Source of the DNA: Octopus bimaculoides
Taxonomy: Eukaryota
Direction: 5' to 3'
NCBI RefSeq assembly: GCF_001194135.2
Contig: NC_068981.1
Location: 167,897,324-167,961,323, forward strand
DNA: 64,000 bases
In this document: piece after piece, positions 50,200 to 62,654 of the stretch
How positions within the stretch are numbered: the first letter of the stretch is position 1
Layout of the letters: the number at the start of each line of letters is the position of its first letter
Program-made: the position numbers and the translations under genes
Notes under the pieces: model-generated
Told to the model about the DNA's origin: nothing
What the model saw: only the letters and a program-made list of their open reading frames with translations
Database searches by the model: none

Positions 50200-52250
50200 T
50201 ATGATATCATATATCATACAAATTTCCCATATGAATCCTCTATACTTTATTTAAAGATGCTTCATTACTGTTGAATACAAAATGAATGCAAACTTTAATA
50301 TACCAAGGGAGATTCTATAATTTATTAAAATCAAGGAGACGTAAAGAGAGAGACGTGAGCAGAGTATTCCAATGAGGAAACAACAAATTAAATATAAACA
50401 ATCTATTGTCATTCTTATTAAGACCAGCATATGTATATAATTGTTACAATTTGACACTATTAGTATAGCAAAATGATGAAATTCGAAATATCTTACTACC
50501 TCGCTAATTTTTTTCTGTGCTGTTATTGCTTTCTTTTAAATGTTTTTTGTATATTCTTTGCGAGAGCTGAAGTTGGCCAAATGAAATTGTCCATCCATCA
50601 TCAGACGGGTTTCTGGTTCGGTATCTTATGTCTGGCACTGAACTCTCAAATGAACATAGATAATCTAGCTACCAATAGTTACTAGTAAGGGATACTATAT
50701 CAACCTTGCAGGCATACCAGAAGCAATGCAAAACTGATGAATGCTTCGGAATTCCGAAGTCTTCTCTGCTTACGTCTTCGACAGAGGGTTGCACTGTCAG
50801 GCAACCTTGCCATTATATCTGCTAGATAAAGTGAAACACTGGGGTCGATGTAATCGACTAGTCTCCTCCGCCAAAATTTCAGCTCTTGTACCTTTAGGAT
50901 TATTATTATTACTAAAGCGTACTGGAGTCGATCTAATCGACTGGCTCCCTCCCCCAAAATTTCAAGCCTTGAGCCTATAGAAGAAAGAATCGTTTGCACA
51001 CCGGATGACATGCTTAGCAGCAAGTCTTCTAGTTTTACAATCTGAGTTCAAATTCTGCCGAGGTCGTCTTTGCGTTTCATCCTTTCATGGTCGATAAAGT
51101 AAGTACAAGTTGGGTGCTGAGATTGATATAATCAACTAGCCCAGTCTATAAAATTCCCGGCCTTGAGCCTAAAGTTGAAAGAATTATTAAATTATTATTA
51201 TTGTTAGTAGTATTAGTGGATAAAGTTAAAGGGATACGAGTTGACATGGTAATGTGGAGGGATGGCTTAAATGTGTTTCCGTACATTCTCAAAATTCCAG
51301 TTTTTTTTTTAATCAAAACAGACCAGGCCTGACTATGTCTATCACCATTTTTGATCTGTTAAAATAAGTACCTGTTGCATACTGACACCAACAGACAAGC
51401 AGTTTCATCGTTATTTTTTAAGTAACAGGGTGACAGAAATCCTGAAGTACTAAAAAGAATTAAGTAGTTGTGTCCCTTTATAATTTGAAATCAGTTTGTT
51501 TTCTTTTCATCTTCCTTGAGTCATTGCAATAAGCACTAGTAATATATGGAAATGGATTCAGTCTATTATATCCCCAAGCCTTACAAATGCCTGGCTTTGT
51601 AACAATGTAAGAAATCAATACAATTCTTTATTCCATTTAGGTCCATTTCTATGGATGTATGTATAATTAACTTATCACGCTTGTAGCTGTTTTTCTTTCC
51701 TCTTCACAATATGGTAACAGTTTATAATAAGTAATTTTTGTTTGCATTGTTTTGTATATGTTTATATACTTTCTAAACATGAATTTTATATTTATGAAAG
51801 TTGTTGCATAGGTAACATGAATAGGAATCCCTATGTCTGTAGCCTCAAGCAAGCATCATCTTTTTAGTTTCACGATAATTTTTTTCTTCTGACCGTATGT
51901 TCTAGTATGCTTAACGAGGTACTTCTCACATGAACGCCAAAAGAAATATTTCATCGGCTTTCCTTGTAGTTTAATCGGTTTTCACACGTTTGATATTCTC
52001 TTATTTATAATTATCTGCCTTTAGGATTACATATTTTCCGAATACAAAATTGCTCTATGATCTCTGAAGATTATACAGAATAGTCACTCTTCTACATCTG
52101 CTCAAGCTTTCAAATCTTGTCGTCCAGCTGTGCTTGACGATTTGACGACTACTGTTCATATTAAAATAATAACATTCTCTCATTATCAAGATTGTCAGGA
52201 AAAGCTGCGTGAAGTGACAGGAACTGACAAGAGAAGAGTGGATTAAATAT
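50200..52250 (-). mobile_element. Possible very old Penelope-like element (RT + GIY-YIG traces), interrupted by SINE B copies
   Basis: Only weak peptide traces: ATDIGIPIHVTYAT (like GTAMG..APTYA), CHP, YP, and SNCNNYI...RMT. Confidence 0.3.
50835..51195 (+). mobile_element. Cluster of SINE family B pieces (two tails plus one near-complete copy)
   Basis: Repeated gtcgat.taatcgact...caaaatttca..cttg..cct, and a gagttcaaattctgccgaggtcg core. Confidence 0.8.
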
Positions 52251-52380
52251 TGCTTCTTTCGCTATTATTTGTTTGGTGAGCTGTCTCTATTGTTAGCTGG
52301 CATATATATATTCTGAGGCGTCGGTTTCTAAGTTCAAATTCCGCTGACGTCGTCTAAATTCTCAGTAATATACTAAGAAC

Positions 52381-52575
52381 GTAAAGCGGCGGGCTGGCAG
52401 AGTCGTTAACACGCCGGGCGAAATTACATTCTGAGTTCAAATTCCGCCGAGGTCGACTTTGCTTTCTTCCTTTTGGGATCGATAAGATAAATACCAGTTG
52501 AGCTCTGGAGTCGATGTAATCGACTTACACCTTCCCCGACATTGCTGGTCTTGTGCCGAAACTTGAAACCAACAT
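52381..52575 (+). mobile_element. SINE family B with an internal deletion
   Basis: aaagcggcgggctggcagagtcgttaacacgccgggcgaaat...gagttcaaattccgccgagg...ttgaaacc. Confidence 0.85.
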
Positions 52576-53744
52576 ACAACATTAGAAAATTACTTAACTA
52601 CTCTTGAATGTGATAGGAAATTATACTAGTCGAATATTTGTGCGAAAAAGACATGGCTAATATTTCGTATTTCTCTTGAAGCGCGAAAAACAATCGCTTT
52701 AGTTTCAAGTATTAATTGAAAGGATTTCTCTTAAGTAAAAAACCAAGATTGTTAGGATTTTTTTTTTTTTTTTTTTGCTGTTGTTATTGACCAAATGTTT
52801 TTCAGCGGCGAGCATAACGTCTTTTGTTTGTCAGACAACGTATCTAGGCCCATACTTTCGCGTCCTTACATTTTTAAGATGGAGGAGGGTGTTGCTTGAG
52901 GAAGATTTGACTACTATTTCAAGCTGATCGCGCGACCACGCAGAAACTCCTTCCTTTTGCCACTGGTATATTTTTTGTAAGGTGTCGGGAAGGATGCTTC
53001 AAAATATGAAGTCAGACGCTTCACTGTTCTATGTAAATATCAACAAGATACTGCAGTCGATTCAATTGTTTACATCCCTACCTGTTGTACTTAATCATCG
53101 AGACAGACAGAAATACTGTCAGCGTTTTGTACTTAAGCATAAAACATTTTCGCAAAAGCAGACAATAAGCATCAGTATGTCTAAAAACTATTGTTATGAT
53201 GCCCAGGTGAGACCAAGACCTTTACGTCAATGTCATTCGTGCTTAAAATGTTTAAATGTTTAAGCCTTGGACTGTCTTTTACATTAAAAAAATTATTCAA
53301 AACAGTATATAGTGCCACCTGCTAACAGTTATTCTAACCCTTTTGTAACTCGGTATCCTTTACATCGAATGACATTTTATAAACGCCCCTTCACACATTA
53401 CAGTATATAGGCACACACATATATACCCATCCACACACACACACACTCACACACACGCACATTTTATCTGTGTATTATCAAAGAGAAGCACATTTTGCCC
53501 CGTGGGGGTTTTTTTTCTGTATTTTCTCATAGTATCCTAATCAGCATATTGCTCATTTTAGATATCATTCATGTGGGCTAGTACCCACTATGTTCGATAT
53601 TTATGGAAATTAGTGATGAAGGTGAGAATTTATATTGAATCATCAATTATATGAACTAAAGGTCGGAAGGGAACGGGTTAAACTACCTGCATCAACCTGC
53701 TATAAAATCAGATAGTAATTTTACCTTGTATTTATTTTTAGTGC

Positions 53745-54799
53745 AGACGAATATTAATGCAGTATATGGGGATCGGACAATAAGCGTAAGCCAGTGTCAA
53801 CGGTAGTTCCAGAAATTCCGAGCCGGAAACTACAGCTAAGAAGATGAGCCTCGCCCTGGAAGATCTGTAAAGCTTGACTAGGACGTCCTGGCGGAACAAA
53901 ATCCCATCATAATTGTTGAGGAACTAGCAGAGAAGCTTGGATTTGGTCCTTCAACTATTCATCGACACTTGCGTACCATCGGAAAAGTCAGCAAATTGGG
54001 TCAATGGGTTCCTCACAAACTTTCCCAGTCTAACCGCGCGCAGAGAGTGAATGTGTACTCTTCTTTGTTGTCATGTGTCACGAATGAACAATTTTTGGAC
54101 CGAAGAGTGACTGGTGACGAGAAATGGGTTCTCTATAAAAATGTCAAGCGCCGAAGACATTTGGTAGGAAAAGGAGAAACACNNNNNNNNNNNNNNNNNN
54201 NNNNNNNNNNNNNNNNNNNNNNNNNNNNNNNNNNNNNNNNNNNNNNNNNNNNNNNNNNNNNNNNNNNNNNNNNNNNNNNNNNNNNNNNNNNNNNNNNNNN
54301 NNNNNNNNNNNNNNNNNNNNNNNNNNNNNNNNNNNNNNNNNNNNNNNNNNNNNNNNNNNNNNNNNNNNNNNNCAGCGCTAGAAGGAAAACGACCATCTTT
54401 GGTTTCAAGACGAAAGGTGTTCTTCCATCAGGATAATGCTCGGCCACATACAGCGAGGATGACATTCCAAAGGCTGGAACAGTTTGAATGGGAAACGATG
54501 CCCCACCCACCATATTCGCCGGACATTGCCCCATCTCATTATCATTTATTCTTTAGTCTTTAAAATCATTTGGACAGAAAAATATGAATTCTGTAGACGA
54601 GGTCAGAACAGTATTGGAGGAGTATTTTCCGTTATGGACAAGTGAATTTTGGAAGAGGAGCCTTGCAAATCTACCAGATAGATGAAGAGCATTGTAGAAA
54701 ATGAAGGAGAGTATATTTTAGATTAAAAAAGGACTTTGTCTTAATTTTCAAAAATATAAGAAGTATTTAAAAATCACATTATTTATGGGATGACCCAAT
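53745..54799 (+). mobile_element. mariner (DD34D) element, 5'-truncated, decayed transposase, right TIR present
   Basis: WVPHKL, VTGDEKW, HQDNARPH and HPPYSPDIAPSHYHLF (third D appears as H), with in-frame stops, an N-gap at 54183-54372, and the end cattatttatgggatgacccaat. Confidence 0.92.
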
Positions 54800-55980
54800 G
54801 CAATGAAAATATATTTGATATTTGACTCAATAGTCATCTTTCGGCTCATTGCTATCATAATAATCTACTAGTCCAAATTGTGACAAAGGGTTTTGAAAAT
54901 TTATTTGAAAGATATAAATATTGTACCTGGTTTAAATATTTTATTTCTAAGAAAAATTTCATCCCCGTTACACATCCAACACTATAGCCATCACTTGACA
55001 ATTGCTCTACCTCCCTGTGAGAACACAACAGCGACACAGGGTTGTTTTCGCCTTAGTTAAGAACATCCTTGCTAAAGCAAATAGTTATTCGAAAATAAGC
55101 ATTGTCGAAATATAAACGTTCAAAACGAAGTATATTAGTAGAACACTACAATCTAAACCTACTGGCAGGCGACAACACAATTGTTTAGAATCTTCGAACA
55201 GAAAACTGATGATATGTGAATGACAAGAAGATTGGATGTTGCTTGCAGCAGCGATGCGATTACGTCATGTAAATTAGCAACGTAAGCTTTAGATTATGTC
55301 TTTATTGTTTATTCATATTTGTACTGTTGTCCTCAGCCGACTTAGTTACTTTAGTAATCAAATATTTACTTTACTGATAGCTTCTAGATGATAGAGTTTT
55401 CGAGAAAGTGTATACAGTGCTTAATAACAATCTTGAATTTCTCTATAAAAGATATTCTCGCGTTTTCAAGCAAATTCGGTTTGATGTTGATTGATTGAAT
55501 TGGAGAAATTAATAGAAGAAAGTTCAGAAGCTTTCGTTTGATTTTTTAAAACATATATAGATACATATATAAATGAGTGTGTGTTTGTATACATTCATGT
55601 TTACATACATTTGTGCATGAGCGTTTACATATATCCATGCTGGCATACATATATATATACGTACATACATATTTACAAAATATATGCATACTTACAAACA
55701 GAAAATGCCGATTGTATCATACTAGTATGAAGGATATTACTTACATCATCACTAGATGCTCCCAAAATCTCTGTAAAATCTTAACTTTCTGTGAGACACA
55801 ACTTTATTGCCGAACCTATTTACAATGCTTTCTGCATGAACGAGTGTCCTGATAGTCATCCGAAAGACATTCTAGAGTCAGAATGTGTTTACATTTTTAA
55901 AAATAAAGAATACTGACGGGGCATTTCAAATAATAACAGTTGTTGCGATAAAAATAGTCTATTCTTTTCTACTTTTCTAC

Positions 55981-56165
55981 TCTAGGCCCAAGCCCCGAAA
56001 TTTTGGGGGAGGAGGCCAGTCGATTAGATCGACTCCACTACGCAACTGGCACTTAATTTTTCGACCCCGAAAGGATGAAAGGCAAAGTTGACCACGGCGG
56101 AATTTGAAGTCAGAACGTAAAGACAGACAAAACACCGATAAACATTTCGCCCGGCGTGCTAAAGA
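55981..56165 (-). mobile_element. SINE family B
   Basis: cgaccccgaaaggatgaaaggcaaagttgacc...catttcgcccggcgtgcta. Confidence 0.85.
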
Positions 56166-56832
56166 TAGTCTATTGCAAATGCAAAAGACGCAATACTATT
56201 CTATGGGGCTGAGAACAAAGAACATGCACTGCTGTAAAGGTCAGAATCCATGTGGATCTGAAAGTACCGTTTAAAGTTGTAGAGAGAGAAAACATTTATG
56301 GGAAACTAATGAGGAACTTACACATTTTGTACCCAGGCTGTAGACTCTCATTCCAATTATATTAGGCACATCAACAGATGTGCATAAAATCAAGGAAATA
56401 CTGGGACTTTTCAAAGGATATCCAAAGTAAACTGATTTGCAATTTTCAAATCCAGTCGGTTACTGGTACAGCTAAAATGTTTAGCACGTTCTAAAGATTC
56501 TCCATTTGAATTTCCAGGTAAGTGCATGTGGCATATACACACACTTACACATTGAGTGATATTGCATGTAATTATGTGCTTTATACACGTATACACTCAC
56601 TTGGTGAGTGTAAGTGTAATCACATATACACTTTCATGTAAGCACACATTAATTCATTCACATATTCACAAACCTCTGGAATTGCTTTGATTCAAACAAA
56701 AAGTATTTTCATATTGTTTGGTCGTGACCAGATTGAATGCTGCGAAGAATTAAAATAAATCTCAAAGCAACAATAAATACATACGTATATACCCACCCAC
56801 CCCCACTCACACACACACATACAACCAACCAA

Positions 56833-56880
<48 letters not shown>

Positions 56881-56883
<3 letters not shown>

Positions 56884-57282
56884 GAAGTCAGCTGCCCGGC
56901 AGATATAAATATCTCTTTGAAAATCAAAGAAAAGAGGATATCTATAGACAACTGCTTCGAACCCTTCACTTTCTATATCCAGACTATGAATTCATATTCA
57001 TACCAATGATAATGGGAGTACTAGGTTTTGTTAGTAAATGCTTAAAGGGGAATCTCGATAAACTGAGATTTTCAGAAAGAGAAATCAACTGGCTAATTAG
57101 TAATTACAAGTGCAATCTGTGAGTGGAACAGTAAAAATATGCAAGACTTTTCTCAAGCTCCAAATGTGAATTTGTCTGTGTTAACTGCATCCCAAAGAAG
57201 GAGCCTTGTATCTTTGCTGGAAACCGGCTCCCTCTTTAGTGGTAGATTTATAATAATTAAAAAATAGAAGTGACATACATAC
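56881..57282 (+). mobile_element. R4/Dong-like REL LINE 3' fragment
   Basis: VEVSCPADINISLKIKEK..., VKICKTFLK; ends gacatacatac. Confidence 0.85.
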
Positions 57283-57284
57283 GC

Positions 57285-57737
57285 ATCGTCATAGAAGTTA
57301 GCTTCTCTGCTGATATAAGTATCTCTTTGAAAATCAAAGTGAGAGAAGATAATTACAGACAACTGCTTCAAAGCAGAAACAGATCTTCATCGGAAGCTCG
57401 TACTTTCTCTTCTGTTATTCTGGAAGTAGTTGGCGCACTTGGTTTTGAAAGTAAATGTCTACGGATAATCTACATAAGCTGTAGTTTTCAGAAAAAAAAA
57501 TCAGCTAACTACTTTGCTCATTACAAATGCAATCTGTAAGTGGAACAGTAAAAATATGCAGGACGTTTCAAAAGTTTAAAACCTGAATTTGTTCTTTATT
57601 ACTCCCATTTCAATGATGGAGTGCTGCATCTTTGTTAGTAAGTAGCTCCTTCCTTGCAAGAAAATTTCAAATAATTAAAAATAGAATACATGCACACACA
57701 CACACACACACATATATACATACATACATACATACAT
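57285..57737 (+). mobile_element. R4/Dong-like REL LINE 3' fragment, tandem to the previous copy
   Basis: IEVSFSADISISLKIK..., VGALGF, VKICRTF; followed by CA/CATA repeats. Confidence 0.8.
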
Positions 57738-57754
57738 AATGATTGCCTCATACT

Positions 57755-57988
57755 ATTTCTTTACTGCCCACAAAGGGCTACACACAGAGGGGACAAACAA
57801 GGACAGACAAACGGATTAAGTCGATTACATCGACCCCAGTGCGTAACTGGTACTTAATTTATCGACCCCGAAAGGATGAAAGGCAAAGTCGACCTCGGCA
57901 GAATTTGAACTCAGAACGTAACGATAGACGAAATACCGCTAAGCATTTCGCCCGGTGTGCTAACGTTTCTGCCAGCTCGCTGCCTTAT
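57755..57988 (-). mobile_element. SINE family B, full length, well preserved, Tx1-like tail type
   Basis: Intact A/B-box-like head and tail gtagccctttgtgggcagtaaagaaat. Confidence 0.92.
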
Positions 57989-58333
57989 GATTGCCTCATC
58001 CTGTCAGATGATAGTCGTCTCACATTCAAAGATAGTGAGACATCTGTGTGTCATTGGATTTAAGTGACAAAAGCTTGCACAACACTTTTCAAACTCCCTC
58101 GTAAGCTATATTAGGTTCCAGCGACAAGTATTGCAAGATGATTGGTACTATTTTGACTACAAATTTCCTGTCAGCATATCTTTCCCCGAGAAGAGCTGTC
58201 TTCCCTACGACTTTGTCAAAAACAACGAGACCCTCCTCTACCCCCTGAGGTGCCGGTGTTTCTCCTTCCCCAATTTAATGTCATACCTAGGATACCATGC
58301 AAGTACTTATGACAGTTTGATATTCCTATAAAG

Positions 58334-58724
58334 TAAGGTGGCGAGGTGGCAGAATCGTTAGCAAGCCGAGTAAAATGCTTAGCGGCACTTCGTCCGTCTT
58401 CACGTTCTGAGTTCAAATTCCGCCGAGGTTGACTTTGCCTTTCATCCTCTCAAGGTCGATAAAACAAGTACCAGTTGAGTACTGAGGTCAATGTAATCGA
58501 CTTTCCCCTCCCCCGAAATTGGTGGCTTTGTGCCAAACTTTGAAACCAGTATTCCTAAAAAGCAAGGCGGTGAGCTGGCATAATATTTAGCACGCCGGAT
58601 GAAATGCGTAGCGGCATTTCGTCCGTCTTTACGTTCTGAGTTCAAATTCCACCGATATCGACGTCGATGTAATCGACTTAACCCTCCCCAGAATTGCTGA
58701 CCTTGTGCCAAAATTAGAAACCAG
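58334..58724 (+). mobile_element. Two tandem SINE family B copies delimited by a 13-bp repeat
   Basis: tattccta(t/a)aaag at 58321-33, 58550-62 and 58725-37. Confidence 0.88.
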
Positions 58725-59326
58725 TATTCCTATAAAGCATCTTCAATGTGAATATAAGTATAATAGGAGGCTAAAATTTTTCCTGCAGCGTCGACTTCCA
58801 TTCCCTCGACCGGAAATTAATACGTCATTTCTTTTCCTTTATTTTCCCTCTTACAGTTTATTGTATTTCTTTATTTGTTGAATTTAATTTCCTTTCTATA
58901 TATTAGCATGCCTATAAGTTTTGTGATTATTTGAATAAATGCTTTTATAATTTCAATAAAACCAGAATCGCATTTCAATTATTTGTTTGATAAATGTAGG
59001 TGGTGACCGTTTATTTATAAGAAAGGATTCACTTATGATATTTATCTGTTCTGTCGTAGTTTTGTCGTTTAGTATTATTTTGATTTGTTTCTGTCTACTT
59101 TATAGTTTTATTACAATTCTGTAAATATGAACGAATGGCTAACTCCTGCAAATGCATAATGAAAAAGTTATATATATATATATATATCTTTCTAGCAGGC
59201 TGGTATTTCGATACCCAAATGAATATGTATGTATATATATATATAAAGGCAACAAACGGAAATATGTTCCGTTTGTTGTCTTTTTATTTAATCCTGAAAA
59301 TATGATTTATGTAACGCACGCACGCG

Positions 59327-59466
59327 CAGGCGTGGCTGTGTGGTAAGAAATTTGCTTCCCAATCACATGGTTCTGGGTTCAGTCCCACTGCGTGGCTCCT
59401 CGGGCAAGTGTCTTCTACAAGTGTCTTTGTGAGGGGAACTGGTGGACGGAAAATGAAAGAAACCCG

Positions 59467-59500
<34 letters not shown>
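59327..59500 (+). mobile_element. SINE family A head followed by (TA)n
   Basis: gcgtggctgtgtggtaag...ggttcagtcccactgcgtgg. Confidence 0.85.
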
Positions 59501-59504
<4 letters not shown>

Positions 59505-60259
59505 ATTGACATTCAGTTGGATTAGGTATTTAAGTTGAAGCACCATATCAGTGCGGTATTATCCGTACAGCTCAAAGTAAGGTGAATAAAATCAAAATAA
59601 TAGGATATCAAGAAGTGAAGCAGTACAACCGTTTCAAGCGACTCCATTTCATTGAACAATGCAATCATTACATCAGTTTAAATGCAGGGCTATCCTCAGC
59701 TGCAGAAATAAATAAATAGAATTTTAATCAGTCGGACACAATATAATTTTACTGAAATACTCTAATAGAACAAGAAGATAGAGAAAAAATCCATGTTGTC
59801 GCTGCTGTAGCTAAGAATATACTACACTTCCAAGAAATGTATGAAGTTTTTTTTTTTTTTTGGTGGGGGGGGCATTGTTTGTAAAGGATTGTAGTTCATT
59901 TTTAATTTATTAGTCTTTTTATCAACTACGAAATCTAAGACTAGAGGACTGTCTGTTTAGAATGGAGGGTAGGAGTGCGTTGACAGTTCATAGCTAGGTA
60001 TGGTCATAAATATTGTCAAGATTTTAGAAGTAGTATAAAGTAACTAGCTATAAAGGAGGCTGGGTAGGGGGACACTCCGAATCAAGATGTTAATTGCCAG
60101 TTAAAGCGGCAAGAGAGATGTATGAGAGAGAGAGAGAGCTGAAAAAGATGTGGGTAACAGTAGACTGCGAGGTGAAAATGGTCGAGGCGGAAGAGAGAGC
60201 ATAAGAGACAAGGATCGCCTTAGCAGCATTAAAGGTCTCCGGACAAATCAAGAATCTTA

Positions 60260-60445
60260 GGCGGGAGAAGTAAATCGATTACATCGTACCCAGTGCTCAA
60301 CTGATACATTTTTTTTTTAAATGAAACCTGGAGAGATTAAAGACAAAGCTGAACTGGGGGGAATTTGAACTCAGAACGTAATTAGTTAGAAGAAATACTA
60401 TAATGTTTTTGTCCGACAAACTAACGATTCTACCAGTTCACTTCA
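60260..60445 (-). mobile_element. SINE family B, diverged
   Basis: aatcgattacatcg..cccagtgctcaactg...gaatttgaactcagaacgtaa. Confidence 0.65.
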
Positions 60446-61374
60446 ATGCATATAACTATATAACCTTTAAAGGATAAGTTTGGCGGCTGGATGGGAAACT
60501 TTTCACCTATCTTGAAGCTTTACTAATGTTATCTACATAAGTGAGTCAATAAGGTGCTGAACTGCAGATGAAATTAGTCAACAGCTCTTACCCAATCAAT
60601 ATTTTAACTTTGACTAATATTTCATTAATCTGAAACGCTGCCTTCATATCTTCATATAAGTAGAGCTTAAAGACTGCTGAATTCTTTCGAGCTGATTTGC
60701 CCTAGACACATTAGGTGCACAGAGTTATTCTGGGTATACTATTTTGCTTATTCGTTGGATACCCATCATATACAAGATACACAGTTTTACTCCATGTACA
60801 TTAGATACGCTGGTTTATATCAATGCAACAGGTTCTATAGTATTTATTTCTTGACAGCAAGCTACAGCATACATAGATCATAACTGGGCCTCTAGGCCAG
60901 TGAGGACATCCGAGTAACTCCTCTGTGCGCCCCAGCTTGCTGTCTCTTCCAGTGCCGTCTTAAAAGACGGTACTGTAAGAGAGACAGAAGGACATGATGA
61001 AAAAGCGTGTGAAATGGAAGAAAATACGATCGAGAAAACTAGGTTCCAGTTTAGTGGGGTGAGATTACAGAGAGTGAATGAGACTGGATAGGAAGATGGA
61101 GACTTAATAAAAACGTTTATGAGGAGAGAAAGAGAGAGGAAAAAAACAAACATTTGTGAGAATAACAGTAAAGTGGAGAGAGAAAAGGAAAGATAAAGAG
61201 AAAAGCTGGCAAAAATACCTTAGAATTGTGAATAGTAAAAGTAAGGAGGAGAATTTGAAACGGAGAGAAAGGGGAGAGGAAGAGTGTACGGTGAAAAAGT
61301 TGTTTGTTTTGTAAGTTAAATAAGACGTCTGTAATTCGTCTGTAATACTTGGCACACGACCCAAAACATAAAGT

Positions 61375-62134
61375 ATGAATATGATGATCATGATGATGAT
61401 GATTGTGATGATGATGATCGTGATCACTATCATCATCACCATCATCACCGTCATCATCTCGACGAAACTTTTTTTTTAACGAATACGAATTGAAGTTTTG
61501 AAGAAGGATAAAAATATAATAATCGATTACATAGTTTCTCAAGTAGTAGTAGTAGTAGTACTAGAGGGGTTGTGGTGGTGGTGGTAAAATTGTAGAAGTG
61601 ATAGTGGTGGTGGTGATAGTGGTGGTGGTGATGGTAGTGGTGGTGATGGTGATGGTGGTGATGGAGGTGGTGATGTTGGTGGTGGTGATGGTGATGGTAG
61701 TGGTGGTGGTGGTAGTGGTGGTGAAAGTTATTGTTGCTGTTATTTGGTTTTTGTTGTTGTTGTTGTTTAATCCAAGGTCAGCCCTGATCGAGCAGATCTA
61801 CGATGTAAAGTATTCCAGTCGTGACCATCCATCTTATCCCTCTATGTATTGGGACCCCAGGTCCACATTACCCCAGGTCCACATTACCCCAGGTTCACAT
61901 TACCCCAGGTCCACATTACCCCAGGACCACATTATCTAAGACAATATGGTATATGGTTTGAAGGAAATTTCGCTGCTGTTTATAATATCATGTAAAGGCT
62001 GTCACGTTGGCTATTTTCTTGATAATGGAGGCGATAAGGGTCGTTGCATTGGTCATTCTGATTAGGGTTCTAAATGCAGAGGTGGCGGTGATGGTGGTGG
62101 TAGTGGTGGCACTACTGCAGCTGATGCAGTTGTT

Positions 62135-62173
<39 letters not shown>

Positions 62174-62223
62174 GGTGGTGGNNNNNNNNNNNNNNNNNNN
62201 NNNNNNNNNNNNNNNNNNNNNNG

Positions 62224-62270
<47 letters not shown>

Positions 62271-62345
62271 GGTGGTGGTGGTGGAGATGGTGTTCGTGGT
62301 GCTACTATTGTTGCTGTAGTTGTTGTTGTTGGTGGTGGTAGTGGT
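61375..62345. repeat. Cluster of trinucleotide repeats (GAT/CAT, GTA, GGT, GTT) surrounding a dispersed repeat and a minisatellite
   Basis: Direct reading. Confidence 0.9.
61855..61934. repeat. Minisatellite, 5 x 16 bp (ccccaggtccacatta)
   Basis: Units start at 61855, 61871, 61887, 61903 and 61919; two carry single substitutions. Confidence 0.95.
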
Positions 62346-62575
62346 GGCGGCGGTAGGGGCAGTGATGCTATTTATTAGTGTATAGTAGTTGGTATTAATT
62401 CGTAGTTTGTAGCGCCAATACGTTAGCTGTTTTGTTTTTGTTTAGTTGTTATTTCTTGCATTTGTTTATCTACAATCACATCTATTTCTTTCATTCTTTC
62501 GTTATATTCTTTGAATCAGTCTGTTGCTTTTCTGTCCTTTTTTGCTTGCTTGTGTGTTTTACATTTTCGTTTTCT

Positions 62576-62654
<79 letters not shown>

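Noticed and set aside
50734-50759. CTGATGA followed by the 16-bp palindrome cttcggaattccgaag
   Set aside because: No GAAA core and no stems I/III; too degenerate to count as a hammerhead.
61104-62378. Poly-Val, poly-His/Asp and poly-Gly ORFs
   Set aside because: They are translations of trinucleotide microsatellites.
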